Assembly (NCBI GenBank): GCA_964291405.2
Contig: OZ219926.1
Span: forward strand, 2,752,001 to 2,816,000
From: Thermodesulfobacteriota bacterium
GTDB taxonomy: Bacteria > Desulfobacterota > Binatia > Bin18
Length of the DNA stretch: 64,000 nucleotides
Direction of reading: 5' to 3'
The position numbers were made by a program, and so were the translations under genes. Shown here one piece after another: positions 29,824 through 40,182 of the stretch (its first letter is position 1; every line of letters starts with the position of its first letter). The notes beneath the pieces were generated by a model that was not told where the DNA came from, made no database searches, and saw only the letters and a program-made list of their open reading frames with translations.

Positions 29824-30696
29824 TCACCCGCGGTCGCGAGTTTCAACGGGGACTGGGAGACTGAAAGGAAGGCGTGCAAAACGACGGTCGAGTTCCTGCT
29901 TGGCCTGCTTTCGGAGCTGGATACAATTTCTATAGCGCCAGCCGGTCCTGAGCCAACTCCATACGCCCCCTTGCTGAAGAGGGTTCATGGCTTGGGCAAA
30001 GCCCAGCACGCCGGACTGCGGCTTTTTAATTTTCAGTAAAGAAGGGAGATTTTCCAGAACAGGCCCTTCGAGCGTCACACGGGCGCGTGTTCTCGTGTTT
30101 TCCAACACCAGATTGAGCGCATAGTCCCCGTCCATCCCTGGGATATCCTTGCCGTACAGACGCAGTTCGGGAGGGTGACGGTGTTCTTTGGTCAACGGCG
30201 TATCGCGCTCCTCCCGTTCCACGAACCGTACCCAGTCCAGTTCTCCGGTGGCAGACAGCCGATATTCCAGCTCTCCGCCCTGACCGGACGCGACCTGGAC
30301 ATAGCGCGTCAAAACCGGCCCGGTGATGGCCTGCTGCGTCTTCACGGCGACCAACTGCAAAGCCAGTCCGAACGTGGCGTCGTACCACTCGGACGGAAGC
30401 GCAAGCCGCTTTTTCTCAATGGTAAGAGAAACGCCGTTCGGCCCGGGCGGCCCGGCGATCCATCCGACATTCACTTTGGCCAGCACGAGCGCCTCGTACC
30501 GGCCCTCGGGCGAGCGTTTCTCGAAAAAGGCGTATGCCTGCCGGTACGCCCCATAGCCGTGACCGAGTTCGGAGCAGAGATGATCAAACCTCAGGGGATG
30601 GCCCCGGTCGAAAACCGCTATGCCTGCTTGGTGCTGACCTAGAGCGATGCTTGCAGACAAGAAAAACAAGACGGTGATGGTAATAACTTTAGGCAT
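29824..30696 (-). CDS. secreted hypothetical protein
   Basis: Signal peptide MPKVITITVLFFLSASIALG; no recognised domain. Confidence 0.6.
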   Translation of the reverse strand: MPKVITITVLFFLSASIALGQHQAGIAVFDRGHPLRFDHLCSELGHGYGAYRQAYAFFEKRSPEGRYEALVLAKVNVGWIAGPPGPNGVSLTIEKKRLALPSEWYDATFGLALQLVAVKTQQAITGPVLTRYVQVASGQGGELEYRLSATGELDWVRFVEREERDTPLTKEHRHPPELRLYGKDIPGMDGDYALNLVLENTRTRARVTLEGPVLENLPSLLKIKKPQSGVLGFAQAMNPLQQGGVWSWLRTGWRYRNCIQLRKQAKQELDRRFARLPFSLPVPVETRDRG

Positions 30697-30807
30697 AATG
30701 CACGACAGATAAGGTGCGAACCCTACGCTTGAATTTTCCGGGCTTGTGTCTATTTGTACAGGCGTTCGGACCGGGACTGAACCCACCTTACTGCGGGAAA
30801 TCGACGT

Positions 30808-32052
30808 CTAGTGCTTTTCCAGTCGCTCTCCCTCTAAGGAATCGACTTGGCGCAACTGCGGAAAGATACGTGCCCACAGACCAACAACGGCCAGGGTGCC
30901 GAGTCCGCCTAGCACCACTGCGGGTACAACCCCGAACCAGGCCGCGGTGACGCCGGACTCAAATTCCCCGAGTTCGTTTGACGCGCCAATAAAGACCGAT
31001 TCGACCGCGCTGACCCGACCGCGCATATCGTCCGGTGTTTTCACTAAAACCAGGACCCGACGAATGACCACACTGATCATGTCTGACGCGCCCAGGATGG
31101 TGAGGGCCAGCAGCGACAGCCAGAGATTGTGAGACAGCCCAAAGACGACGATGGACAGTCCGAAGACTCCGACTGCCCCCAGAAGAATTGCACCCGCATG
31201 ACGCTGAATAGGCCAGCGAGCGACGATCAGCGCCGTGACCAGCGCGCCAACTGCCGGAGCGCTTCTCAGCAGCCCGAGTCCCCAGGGACCAACGTACAAA
31301 ATATCCCGCGCATAGATCGGTAGCAGGGCGGTTGCTCCGCCCAACAGCACCGCAAACAGGTCGAGCGATGCGGCACCCAGGACAACCGGCTGGCCCCGAA
31401 TAAAGGAAATCCCCGCCACAACAGACTCCCAGGTGGCGGCCATCTGCTCTCTCTCGCGGTGTTCAATGCGGATGGTGTTCACTAAAAAAGCGGAAAGAAG
31501 AAACATCAGAACACAGCAACCATACACTGCCTCCGGTCCAATGGCGTAGAGCAGCCCACCGATGGCCGGGCCGACAATGGTCGCGACCTGCCACGAAGAC
31601 GAACTCCAGGCCGCGGCGTTGGTAAAAAGGCGCTGGGGCACCAGATTGGGCATCAGGGCGACCGAAGCCGGAAACTCAAAGGCGCGGGCCGTCCCGAACA
31701 GGATGAGTACGCCAAAGAGGAAGAGCGTATTTGTGCCGCCTTGCAGCGTAAACGTCAAAAAGAGCACAGCGCATATCGCCTCAACGATGATGCATAGCGC
31801 CATCACGGTCCGCCGGTCATAGCGGTCGGCGACGTGACCGGTCACTAGCGCCAAGCCGAGCGACGGGAGAAATTGAGCCAGGCCGACCAGGCCGAGGTCG
31901 AGCGGCCGGCGCGTCAGATCATAGACCTGCCAGCCAATGGCCACTGCCTGCATTTGAATGGCCAGGGTGACACACAGCCGGGCGGCCCAATAGCGTTGGA
32001 AGCTGGGGTAGGTAAAGGCCGATGCTGAAGTAAGAGCTGTCCGTTGTTCCAA
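30808..32052 (-). CDS. MFS transporter (EntS/MFS_3-like)
   Basis: About 12 TM helices, GHVADRYDRR, RGRV, SNELGEFESG. Confidence 0.92.
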   Translation of the reverse strand: MEQRTALTSASAFTYPSFQRYWAARLCVTLAIQMQAVAIGWQVYDLTRRPLDLGLVGLAQFLPSLGLALVTGHVADRYDRRTVMALCIIVEAICAVLFLTFTLQGGTNTLFLFGVLILFGTARAFEFPASVALMPNLVPQRLFTNAAAWSSSSWQVATIVGPAIGGLLYAIGPEAVYGCCVLMFLLSAFLVNTIRIEHREREQMAATWESVVAGISFIRGQPVVLGAASLDLFAVLLGGATALLPIYARDILYVGPWGLGLLRSAPAVGALVTALIVARWPIQRHAGAILLGAVGVFGLSIVVFGLSHNLWLSLLALTILGASDMISVVIRRVLVLVKTPDDMRGRVSAVESVFIGASNELGEFESGVTAAWFGVVPAVVLGGLGTLAVVGLWARIFPQLRQVDSLEGERLEKH

Positions 32053-32070
32053 AAAACCCGCCTAACCTCG

Positions 32071-32123
32071 AAAAGAGTAAACGTGTCCGGCCTTTATAGC
32101 TATGGAGGACACATTTACTCTTT
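32071..32123. repeat. palindromic element copy 3, supplies the acyl-CoA dehydrogenase stop codon
   Basis: AAAAGAGTAAACGTGTCC ... GGACACATTTACTCTTT. Confidence 0.75.
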
Positions 32124-33269
32124 ATAGGCAGTGTAGGCTTTCCCAAACGCCTCGCGGGCGACAATGCCCTTCATAACCTCTGGCGTACCGTCACCGATTT
32201 CAAACCCGACGACATCCCGCCAGCGCTGCTCTAAGGGGACTTCCATGCTGTAGCCGTAGTGACCGTGTAAAATCATACAGGCGTGAATCGCCTCGGCAGA
32301 CACTTTCGGGCCCATCCATTTGGCCATGGCCGCCTCTTGGGTATGCCGCTGGCCGCAGTCTTTGAGCCACAGACATTTATAGGCAACAAGGCGAGCCGCT
32401 TCGAGCAGCGTCAGATATTCGGCGACCTGAAACGCCACGCCCTCAAACGTCGCCAGTGGTTTGCCAAAGACTTGCCGCCCTTTGGTGTATTCGATGGTTT
32501 CATCAATCGACTGCTGGGCTGCTCCGACAGCGGCCAAGGCCACCAGGGCCCGGTTAAAATCAAAGGCAATCATGGCCTGATAAAAGCCGCCGCTCTCATC
32601 TCCTACCAGATAAGCGGCCGGAATACGCACATTATCAAAAAACAGTGAGCCGCGTTGATGCAGCCGAGCCCCGGCACTGTTATACACCTGACGTGAGACA
32701 CCGGGCGCGTCAAAGGGAACCAGAAAGGCGGAAATGCCCCGCGCCCCACCCCCGGCTGTCCTGGCCAAGACCAGCCCGGCGTCCGCATTGCCGGCAAAGG
32801 TGATGCTGGCCTTCTCTCCGTTCAGCACATACGCGTCGCCGGTTTTGACAGCGCGGGCCGTGATATTGGCAGCGTCCGAGCCTGCCGCCGGCTCGGTCAG
32901 CGCAATAGCCATAATGGCGTCGCCCGTTGCCATGCGGGGCAACCATTCGGCTTGGACCTCGGGCCGGGCGTAAGCGGCCAGCAATTCGGCGATCATCATC
33001 CCAAGCTGGAGAAAGAGACTGTAATTGAAATCGCCGCGCGACAGCTCCTCGTTCATAATGCCACAGGTGACAAAGTCTGCATTCTGGCCGCCAAACTGCT
33101 CTGGCACGCGCAGGCCAAAGATGCCGAGTTCAGCGACTTCCCGAATCTCCGCTCTACCGATCTTTTCTCCTCGGTCCCAGCGCGAATAATTCGGTAACAA
33201 TTTGTCTTTGGCAAACTGACGGACCGTCTGTTGGACCAAGAGATGTTCTTCAGTAAAGGCAAATTCCAT
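32115..33269 (-). CDS. acyl-CoA dehydrogenase (cyclohexanecarboxyl-CoA dehydrogenase-like)
   Basis: ALTEPAAGSD, NGEKASI, HGHYGY, EIGDGT. Confidence 0.9.
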   Translation of the reverse strand: MEFAFTEEHLLVQQTVRQFAKDKLLPNYSRWDRGEKIGRAEIREVAELGIFGLRVPEQFGGQNADFVTCGIMNEELSRGDFNYSLFLQLGMMIAELLAAYARPEVQAEWLPRMATGDAIMAIALTEPAAGSDAANITARAVKTGDAYVLNGEKASITFAGNADAGLVLARTAGGGARGISAFLVPFDAPGVSRQVYNSAGARLHQRGSLFFDNVRIPAAYLVGDESGGFYQAMIAFDFNRALVALAAVGAAQQSIDETIEYTKGRQVFGKPLATFEGVAFQVAEYLTLLEAARLVAYKCLWLKDCGQRHTQEAAMAKWMGPKVSAEAIHACMILHGHYGYSMEVPLEQRWRDVVGFEIGDGTPEVMKGIVAREAFGKAYTAYKE

Positions 33270-33399
33270 AACAGTTTTCTGTTGGGCTCAGGCTCAAAAG
33301 AAGAGGAGTGTAGACATGAACGCATAGAGCGTCAATGAAGCAGGCGCTTGGCGGTCTGCCTCGCTCAGGGCATACTAACAAGCCTAAGGAGGAGATTGC

Positions 33400-34185
33400 A
33401 TGCCAGAACCAGTTCTCATGGTTGAGAAAGCCGATGGGATCGCGACCCTGACCCTGAACCGCCCACAGGCGATGAACGCCCTGTCTCGTGAACTCCGGCT
33501 TGCCATTGTCAGCACCCTTGAATCTTTGCAAAACGACCCGGCGACCCATGTCGTTATCCTGACCGGAGCCGGTCGGGCGTTCTGTGCGGGTATGGACCTC
33601 AAAGAGCTGAGCCGGACGAGCGAGCCCTTACAAGAACCGCGACCAACACAGGGCAGCATGGACGTGGTGCGAGTCATGGAGGCGTTCGACCGGCCCATTA
33701 TTGGGGCGATCAACGGTTTTGCCATTACTGGCGGGTTTGAACTGGCCCTGGCCTGCGATGTCCTGATCGCGTCCAGCGACGCGCGTTTTGCAGATACGCA
33801 CGCCCGGATGGGGGTCATGCCGGGTTGGGGCCTGAGCCAGAAACTCTCGCGCGTGATTGGTATTTACCGGGCGCGTGAATTGTCTTTGACCGGAAACTAT
33901 CTGTCCGCCCAGCAAGCCGAAGCCTGGGGACTGGTGAACCGGGTTGTTGCTCCTGATGACTTGCTGCCGACCTGTCATGCCCTGGCCAAGGATATGCTGT
34001 CGTGTCTGCCAGACATGCTGCGCAATATGAAACACGTGATTAACGAAGGCTACGCCCGGACGCTCAGCGACGGGCTCCAACTCGAATCAACCGCCTGGCG
34101 TAAGCAGGTTCGTGGCGTCACGCCAGAGGCGATTGCGAACCGGGTCGAAGGGGTGAAACAGCGCGGACGGACGCAGACATCCTGA
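33400..34185 (+). CDS. enoyl-CoA hydratase/isomerase
   Basis: LNRP, FCAGMDL, GGFELALACD. Confidence 0.92.
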   Translation: MPEPVLMVEKADGIATLTLNRPQAMNALSRELRLAIVSTLESLQNDPATHVVILTGAGRAFCAGMDLKELSRTSEPLQEPRPTQGSMDVVRVMEAFDRPIIGAINGFAITGGFELALACDVLIASSDARFADTHARMGVMPGWGLSQKLSRVIGIYRARELSLTGNYLSAQQAEAWGLVNRVVAPDDLLPTCHALAKDMLSCLPDMLRNMKHVINEGYARTLSDGLQLESTAWRKQVRGVTPEAIANRVEGVKQRGRTQTS

Positions 34186-34193
34186 GTCAGCCG

Positions 34194-34219
34194 GGCGGAC
34201 ACGGGGGTCCGCCCCTACC
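34194..34219 (-). repeat. GTAG-family REP element
   Basis: Reverse complement reads GTAGGGGCGGACCCCCGTGTCCGCCC; lies between convergent genes. Confidence 0.7.
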
Positions 34220-34220
34220 G

Positions 34221-35096
34221 CTAGACCCGCCCAATGACCGTGTCACCAAGTTCTTTTACGTAATCGATAATTTCTGTCTCAGTGGCATTGAGTGTGAACA
34301 GGGCATCCCCTTTGGGCGGGAAAAGCAGAATCAAACGATCCACGCCCAGGTCCGCATAACGTTTGGCCTTGTCGAGATCGATCCGTCCAACCGGCGTCAC
34401 GCTGATTTCCAGCTTGCCCAATCCGCTCGGACGTTCATTTTTTTCTCCGGCAGCCTGCAAGCCGTCGAGGCATTTCTTGGTCCCATCGACATCGAGGGCA
34501 AAGCCGTACCAGCCGTCGCCATGGGTCACGGACCGTTGAAACGCCTGGGGGGTCATACCGCCAAACACAACCGGCGGACCGGGCTGCTGGACCGGCTTGG
34601 GGAATGCCTTGACGCCGCTAAAAGAGGCAAACGGTCCCTGATAGGACGGGTCGTCCTGACTCCAAATCGCCCGCATGGCATCAACGTAGTCGAGCGTACG
34701 CGGACCTTTATGGCCGAACGGGGCTCCGAGAGCGTCAAATTCCGGCTTGAGATAGCCAATGCCGACACCAAAGATCAGGCGTCCGCCTGACAGGACATCG
34801 AGGCTGGCCATCTCTTTTGCGAGCACCAGCGGATTCCGTTGCGGTAAAATAATAATGCCGGTTCCCATGCGGATGGTTTTGGTCTGGCCGGCCAGAAAGG
34901 CAAAGGAAATATTGGGGTCGAGCATGGGGTAGGTCGGCGGTAACGGCGAGGGCGGCTCCTGCGGGTCCGGCAACACAACGTGCTCGCCCGCCCAGACGGA
35001 TTCAAACCCAGCGGCCTCGGCGGCCTGTGCCACCCGCGCCGATGCGTCCGGCGTACTGCACGGTCCCATATTGATGCCAAAGAGTCCGAGTTGCAT
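34221..35096 (-). CDS. LLM class, probable F420-dependent oxidoreductase (TIGR03619-like)
   Basis: GFESVWAGEHVV, LAKEMASLDVLSGGRL, PKPVQ. Confidence 0.88.
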   Translation of the reverse strand: MQLGLFGINMGPCSTPDASARVAQAAEAAGFESVWAGEHVVLPDPQEPPSPLPPTYPMLDPNISFAFLAGQTKTIRMGTGIIILPQRNPLVLAKEMASLDVLSGGRLIFGVGIGYLKPEFDALGAPFGHKGPRTLDYVDAMRAIWSQDDPSYQGPFASFSGVKAFPKPVQQPGPPVVFGGMTPQAFQRSVTHGDGWYGFALDVDGTKKCLDGLQAAGEKNERPSGLGKLEISVTPVGRIDLDKAKRYADLGVDRLILLFPPKGDALFTLNATETEIIDYVKELGDTVIGRV

Positions 35097-35147
35097 ATCT
35101 TTCCTCCTTTTTTACTCAGGTGAGACGAGTGCAGGGGCCACGCTGCG

Positions 35148-36020
35148 TTACTTCTTTGGCGCTAACACTTCAATGGCCCGCTCGTCCGGCACCATACCAC
35201 CCTTGGGGCTCAGCGGCATGATACACACGTGTGACGCTCCCGCCTCATAATAGGCCGCCACCCGCTCGCGAATTTTTGCTTCGTCTCCCCAGGCAATAAC
35301 CGCGTCCACGAGTCGGTCACTGCCGCCGTTTGCCATGTCGGCGTCAGTAAAACCGACTTCTTTGAAGCGTTGGACGTAGTGATCGATTTGGAGATAGGTC
35401 TGCATATAACTGCGGGCGGCGGCGCGGGCCGTATCCGCGTCCGACTCCAGCATCACACCCAGCTCGGCACACAGCCACGGTTCCGGCCCCAGTGCCCTGC
35501 GGGTCGCCGCAATTTGCTCAGGCACGGTGAAATAGGTATGCGTCCCCTGAGTCTGCGTTGCGGCCAGCGCAAGCATCTTGGGCATCATCCCGGCCAGCAC
35601 CACAGGCGGGTCGTTTTGTGGGGCTGGTGCGGCGTACGGTACAGCTTTCATCCTGGTCAGATACTCACGTGTGAAGCTGAGCGGCTTGCCATACGGAATG
35701 CCGCGCCGGGCGTTGCCCTGCGCATTACTCACGCCCAGGCCGAGCACAAAGCGGTCGCCGTAGAGCTCGGCGAGCGTCCGGGCGGCATTGGCAATCGCAA
35801 TCGGCTCATACGCATAGGTCACCACAATGCCGGTAGCGATGACCAGACGCTCGGTTTGGCTCAGCAAATACGAGGCAAACGAAAAACTTTCGCGGCCCAG
35901 GGTCTCGGGAAACCACAGGGCACTATAGCCGAGCTGTTCGACTTTGCGGGCGAGCCGGCCGGTCTGCTCGCCCGTAAGGCCATCCAGAAAGGTAAAAACA
36001 CCAGGAGGTCGGAGGTCCAT
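35148..36020 (-). CDS. LLM class, probable F420-dependent oxidoreductase (TIGR03620-like)
   Basis: GYSALW, ATGI, RFVLGLGVS, GSDRLVDA, GASHVC. Confidence 0.88.
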   Translation of the reverse strand: MDLRPPGVFTFLDGLTGEQTGRLARKVEQLGYSALWFPETLGRESFSFASYLLSQTERLVIATGIVVTYAYEPIAIANAARTLAELYGDRFVLGLGVSNAQGNARRGIPYGKPLSFTREYLTRMKAVPYAAPAPQNDPPVVLAGMMPKMLALAATQTQGTHTYFTVPEQIAATRRALGPEPWLCAELGVMLESDADTARAAARSYMQTYLQIDHYVQRFKEVGFTDADMANGGSDRLVDAVIAWGDEAKIRERVAAYYEAGASHVCIMPLSPKGGMVPDERAIEVLAPKK

Positions 36021-36036
36021 ACACTGCTCCCGTGGA

Positions 36037-37080
36037 CTAGCGAAAGGCTGGAATAACCTTGCTGGTAAACAGTTCCAAATGAGGCTGAATCCAGCTCGCC
36101 GGCAGGCCCGGCGGCAGCGTCCACGAATAATAATGCGTCAGCGGGGTCTCTAAGGCATAGTCGCGGATCATCTGAATACAGGAGTCCACATCTACCACCT
36201 GAAACAGACCCGATTCACGTAAAGTATCGGTATCCGGCACTTTTGGAAACAGAGGCATACCGGCCTTCTCCGACCACTCGGCATAGGCATTGACCTGATA
36301 GCGAACGTGTTCGGCGGCTTCGTTCCAGGTCTTGTCCGGGTCTTCTGACGGAATCAGCCAAAAATATCCACCCGCGAGGCGAATATCCGTTGTGGACTTC
36401 CCGACCTTTTCCAAGGCGGTCACATAGCGTTCATACGCCTCTTTCAACGGGCCGACGCCGATATAGCCGTCGCCATACTTTGCCGCTCGCCGGAGTGCCG
36501 GTGGGGTGAAGCCACCGACCCAAATCGGTGGCCGGGGTTGCTGAATCGGCTCCGGGGTGAGCTTGGCTTTGGTCACCGTGTAATATTTCCCCTCAAATGT
36601 CAGGGTTTCGCCCTCCCATAGGCGACGAATGATTTCGAGGCCCTCATTCGTACGGGCGCCACGCTCTTTGCTCGACACATCGAAGCTCTCAAACTCCTCG
36701 ACTTTATACCCAACGCCCACACCCAACTCGAACCGACCACCCGAAATCACGTCCACCGTGGCCGCGTCTTCAGCCATCCGGACCGGATTGTGGAAAGGCA
36801 GGAGTATCACGCTCGTCCCGATATGAATTTTCTTGGTCCGGGAGGCAATCGCGGCGGCAATCGGCATCAGCGCAGGAGAATAGCCATCCTCGATAAAATG
36901 GTGCTCGGACAGCCAGATATCGTCAAAGCCGTTCTCCTCTCCCCACACGATCTGGTCAATGATCTCGTTGTAGAGCTGGTCATAAGGACGCTTCCAGGCG
37001 GGTGGGTTGCGAAAGTCGTACCACATACCAAAGCGAATTTTCGGATTTCCGTTCTCACTCATCGGGCTGTCCTCCTTCAT
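36037..37080 (-). CDS. LLM class flavin-dependent oxidoreductase
   Basis: GFDDIWLSEHHF, AEDAATVDVISGGR. Confidence 0.9.
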   Translation of the reverse strand: MKEDSPMSENGNPKIRFGMWYDFRNPPAWKRPYDQLYNEIIDQIVWGEENGFDDIWLSEHHFIEDGYSPALMPIAAAIASRTKKIHIGTSVILLPFHNPVRMAEDAATVDVISGGRFELGVGVGYKVEEFESFDVSSKERGARTNEGLEIIRRLWEGETLTFEGKYYTVTKAKLTPEPIQQPRPPIWVGGFTPPALRRAAKYGDGYIGVGPLKEAYERYVTALEKVGKSTTDIRLAGGYFWLIPSEDPDKTWNEAAEHVRYQVNAYAEWSEKAGMPLFPKVPDTDTLRESGLFQVVDVDSCIQMIRDYALETPLTHYYSWTLPPGLPASWIQPHLELFTSKVIPAFR

Positions 37081-37287
37081 AACCGATTGCGTATCTTATG
37101 GTCTCAGTGTGAAAATGGAAAGCGGACGTTGCTACAATTGATTCGTCAGACGACCCTTCTTCGCTCTGGAGAATCCTGGGTCCTCCCGCCTAGTTGACGG
37201 GTCGCGGGGTTCTCTGTATAGCGAACGGGTTTCACACGAGAAGAGTATGGGAGAGAATAGAGTATCTCTCCTTGAGAAAGGTATTGC

Positions 37288-38715
37288 ATGACGGACCAGA
37301 TTGGCTCTGAAACAAATCCCCTCCGCGTCGCTATCTTCGGCTCGGGACCGGCTGGATTCTACGCGGTTGGCGAACTGCTCAAGCAAAAAGATATTGCTAC
37401 TCGGGTTGACCTGTTTGACCGCCTGCCGACTCCCTACGGATTGGTCCGGGGCGGCGTGGCACCGGATCATCAAAAAATTAAAGCGGTCATTCGGCAGTAC
37501 GAAAAATTTGCCAGTCGGCCCGGCTTTCGCTTTTTCGGAAACGTGACCTTTGGCGAAGATATCCGGCTGGCCGATACCCTGGCACACTACCATCAAGTCC
37601 TGTTTTCAACCGGCGCAGAATCCGACCGGCAGCTCGGCATTCCGGGTGAGGACTTGACCGGCAGCGACCCGGCGACGATCTTTGTCGGCTGGTATAACGG
37701 GCATCCTGATTACCGCGATCTCAACTATGATCTGAGCAATGTTGAACGTGTCGCCGTGATCGGAAACGGCAATGTGGCCATGGACGTTGCCCGTATTCTG
37801 GCCCGCTCTATTGAAGAACTTTCAAAAACGGATATCGCCGACTATGCGCTCGAAGCGCTCAAGAAAAGTGCGGTCAAGGAGATCTATCTGCTGGGCCGAC
37901 GGGGGCCGGCACAAGCGGCCTTCACCAACCCCGAGATTCGCGAACTGACCGAAATGCCGATCACCGATCTGGTCGTCGAGCCGAAAGACCTCGAACTTGA
38001 CGAGGCCAATGCCGAATTCCTGGCGCAGGCCACAGAGCCGGTGCATCAGCGCAATATGGATATCCTGACGGCCCAGATTCCCAAGGGCGAGGGAACGGCC
38101 CAAAGGAAAATTCGGGCGCGTTTTTTTGTCTCTCCGGTTGAACTCTACGGGACCGAGCGCGTCGAGGGCATGAAACTCGAGAAAAACCGTCTGGTGAAGG
38201 ATGACAGTGGGACGCTGCGTGCGCGCGGAACCGGAGAATACGAGGAGTTGCCGAATATTCAGATGGTCTTCCGCTCTATTGGCTATAAGGGCCATCCGCT
38301 GAAAGACGTTCCGTTTGACGAGCGCTCAGGGATTATTCCGAACCAGACCGGTCGGGTCATCGACCCGGAAACACAGGCGCCTCTTGAGCGCCTGTACGTG
38401 GCCGGCTGGATCAAGCGCGGTCCGTCCGGCGTGGTGGGTACGAATAAGCCGGATGCGATTGAAACCGTCGGACTCATGTTGGAAGACCTGCAACAGGGCA
38501 AGGTGCCCAATACCATCAACGCCAGCGACGAAGCAGTTCCGGCTCTGCTGGCCGAGAAGGGCGTCCGCTACGTCTCTTTTGCTGACTGGAAATATCTGGA
38601 TCAGATAGAAGTCGAGAACGGGAAAAAAGTGGGCAAGCCGCGTGAGAAGATGACGACCGTCGCGGAGATGCTGGCCGCGCTCGATACCCAGACTTTGCAA
38701 GCTGCTGCTAAATAA
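37288..38715 (+). CDS. fprA: ferredoxin--NADP+ reductase (FprA/adrenodoxin reductase type)
   Basis: GSGPAG, GLVRGGVAPDH, GNGNVAMD, GWIKRGPSG. Confidence 0.9.
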   Translation: MTDQIGSETNPLRVAIFGSGPAGFYAVGELLKQKDIATRVDLFDRLPTPYGLVRGGVAPDHQKIKAVIRQYEKFASRPGFRFFGNVTFGEDIRLADTLAHYHQVLFSTGAESDRQLGIPGEDLTGSDPATIFVGWYNGHPDYRDLNYDLSNVERVAVIGNGNVAMDVARILARSIEELSKTDIADYALEALKKSAVKEIYLLGRRGPAQAAFTNPEIRELTEMPITDLVVEPKDLELDEANAEFLAQATEPVHQRNMDILTAQIPKGEGTAQRKIRARFFVSPVELYGTERVEGMKLEKNRLVKDDSGTLRARGTGEYEELPNIQMVFRSIGYKGHPLKDVPFDERSGIIPNQTGRVIDPETQAPLERLYVAGWIKRGPSGVVGTNKPDAIETVGLMLEDLQQGKVPNTINASDEAVPALLAEKGVRYVSFADWKYLDQIEVENGKKVGKPREKMTTVAEMLAALDTQTLQAAAK

Positions 38716-38746
38716 TGGCAAACCGCCGTGGAAGTGAGTCAACGCT

Positions 38747-39724
38747 ATGAAAGCTATTCGGATACACGAGTTTGGTGAACCAGAGGTATTGCAGCTCGAA
38801 GAAGTCGCGGACCTGACCCCCGGGACGGGGCAAGTCGTGGTGCGCATGCACGCGGTCGGAGTCAATCCGGTTGAGACCTATATTCGGTCCGGTATCTACC
38901 CCAAGCCGCCGACGCCCTTCACGCCCGGGTCGGACGGGGCCGGCGTAATCGAGGCCGTGGGCGAGGGCGTGGACCGGGTTGCCGTGGGCGACCGGGTGTA
39001 TCTGGCCGGTTCTCTCAGCGGCACGTACGCCGAACAGGCCCTGTGCAAACAGGAGCAGGTACATCCGCTTGGCGAATCGGCATCGTTCGCCCAAGGGGCC
39101 GCCGTGTTTGTGCCCTATGGTACTGCCTATCAGGCGCTCTTTCACTGCGGCCATGCCTCACCCGGCGAAACGCTTTTCGTGCATGGGGCTAGCGGTGGAG
39201 TGGGCATAGCCGGGGTACAGCTCGGTCGGGCCGCTGGCATGACGGTCATTGGAACCGCGAGTACGGAGCGCGGGCGCCAACTCGTATCCGAACAGGGCGC
39301 GCAGCACGTTCTCGACCACAGTGCCGCCTCGTACCTGGAAGAAGTGCAGACCCTGACGGATGGACGGGGCGTTGATGTGATTTTGGAGATGCTGGCCAAC
39401 GTCAATCTCGCCAAAGACCTCGACCTCCTCGCCATGCATGGGCGCGTGGTTGTCATCGGCAATCGGGGCGAGAGGAATCAGGGCACGATCGAGATCAATC
39501 CGCGGGCGGCCATGATGCGGGATGCCTCCATCATCGGCATGACCTTACGCAACGCCACGCCGCAGGATCACGTCCGTATACACTCGGCCCTTGTGGCCGG
39601 TCTGGCCAACGGTACGCTCCGGCCCGTGATCGGACAGGAACTCCCCCTGGCCGAAGCCGCCCAAGCCCACCGCGCCGTAAGCGGAGCGGGCAAAGCCTAC
39701 GGCAAGGTGGTGCTGATACCGTAG
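38747..39724 (+). CDS. NADPH:quinone reductase (zeta-crystallin)
   Basis: GVNPVETYIRSG, HGASGGVG, EMLANVNL. Confidence 0.92.
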   Translation: MKAIRIHEFGEPEVLQLEEVADLTPGTGQVVVRMHAVGVNPVETYIRSGIYPKPPTPFTPGSDGAGVIEAVGEGVDRVAVGDRVYLAGSLSGTYAEQALCKQEQVHPLGESASFAQGAAVFVPYGTAYQALFHCGHASPGETLFVHGASGGVGIAGVQLGRAAGMTVIGTASTERGRQLVSEQGAQHVLDHSAASYLEEVQTLTDGRGVDVILEMLANVNLAKDLDLLAMHGRVVVIGNRGERNQGTIEINPRAAMMRDASIIGMTLRNATPQDHVRIHSALVAGLANGTLRPVIGQELPLAEAAQAHRAVSGAGKAYGKVVLIP

Positions 39725-39840
39725 GGCTGGTCTTACTCACCGGTATTATCACCACTCGCTCGAATCGTGGTGGGCGCACTCGGCCTAGAGCAAAATTCAC
39801 ATTAGTGTCGCGTCCCACGGCCTCCGCGCGTTGCCCGATA

Positions 39841-39894
39841 CGTAGGGTGCGCCCTGCGCACCGGGGCAAGGTGGTGCATGGGATGCACCCTACG
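39841..39894. repeat. GTAG-family REP doublet
   Basis: CGTAGGGTGCGCCCTGCGCACC...GGTGCATGGGATGCACCCTACG. Confidence 0.85.
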
Positions 39895-39968
39895 GAACTC
39901 TGGAGAGCACCTCGCTACACCACGGAGGAAACTGCTCTAGAGCGTTTTACGATAAGTTGTAGCGGTTT

Positions 39969-40026
39969 CAGTATGCTGAGCGGGAAGTCTTTTGATGTTG
40001 AAATACATGCTTGATACCAATATTGC
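39969..40026 (+). pseudogene. vapBC junction remnant
   Basis: QYAEREVF* overlaps (TGATG) MLKYMLDTNI, the VapC PIN-domain start; then interrupted by a REP. Confidence 0.65.
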
Positions 40027-40041
40027 CTCGGCCCGGGCTCT

Positions 40042-40093
40042 CGTAGGGTGCGCCCTGCGCACCGGGAAGCTGGTGCATGGGATGCACCCTACG
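40042..40093. repeat. GTAG-family REP doublet, second copy
   Basis: Near-identical to 39841-39894. Confidence 0.85.
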
Positions 40094-40182
40094 GAAGGGA
40101 ACGGCTGGCTATACGGAATCGTAAATTGCTCTAGCCGGAACAATAATTCCACCGAAGTTACTTCACAAAAGAGAGGTAACGT

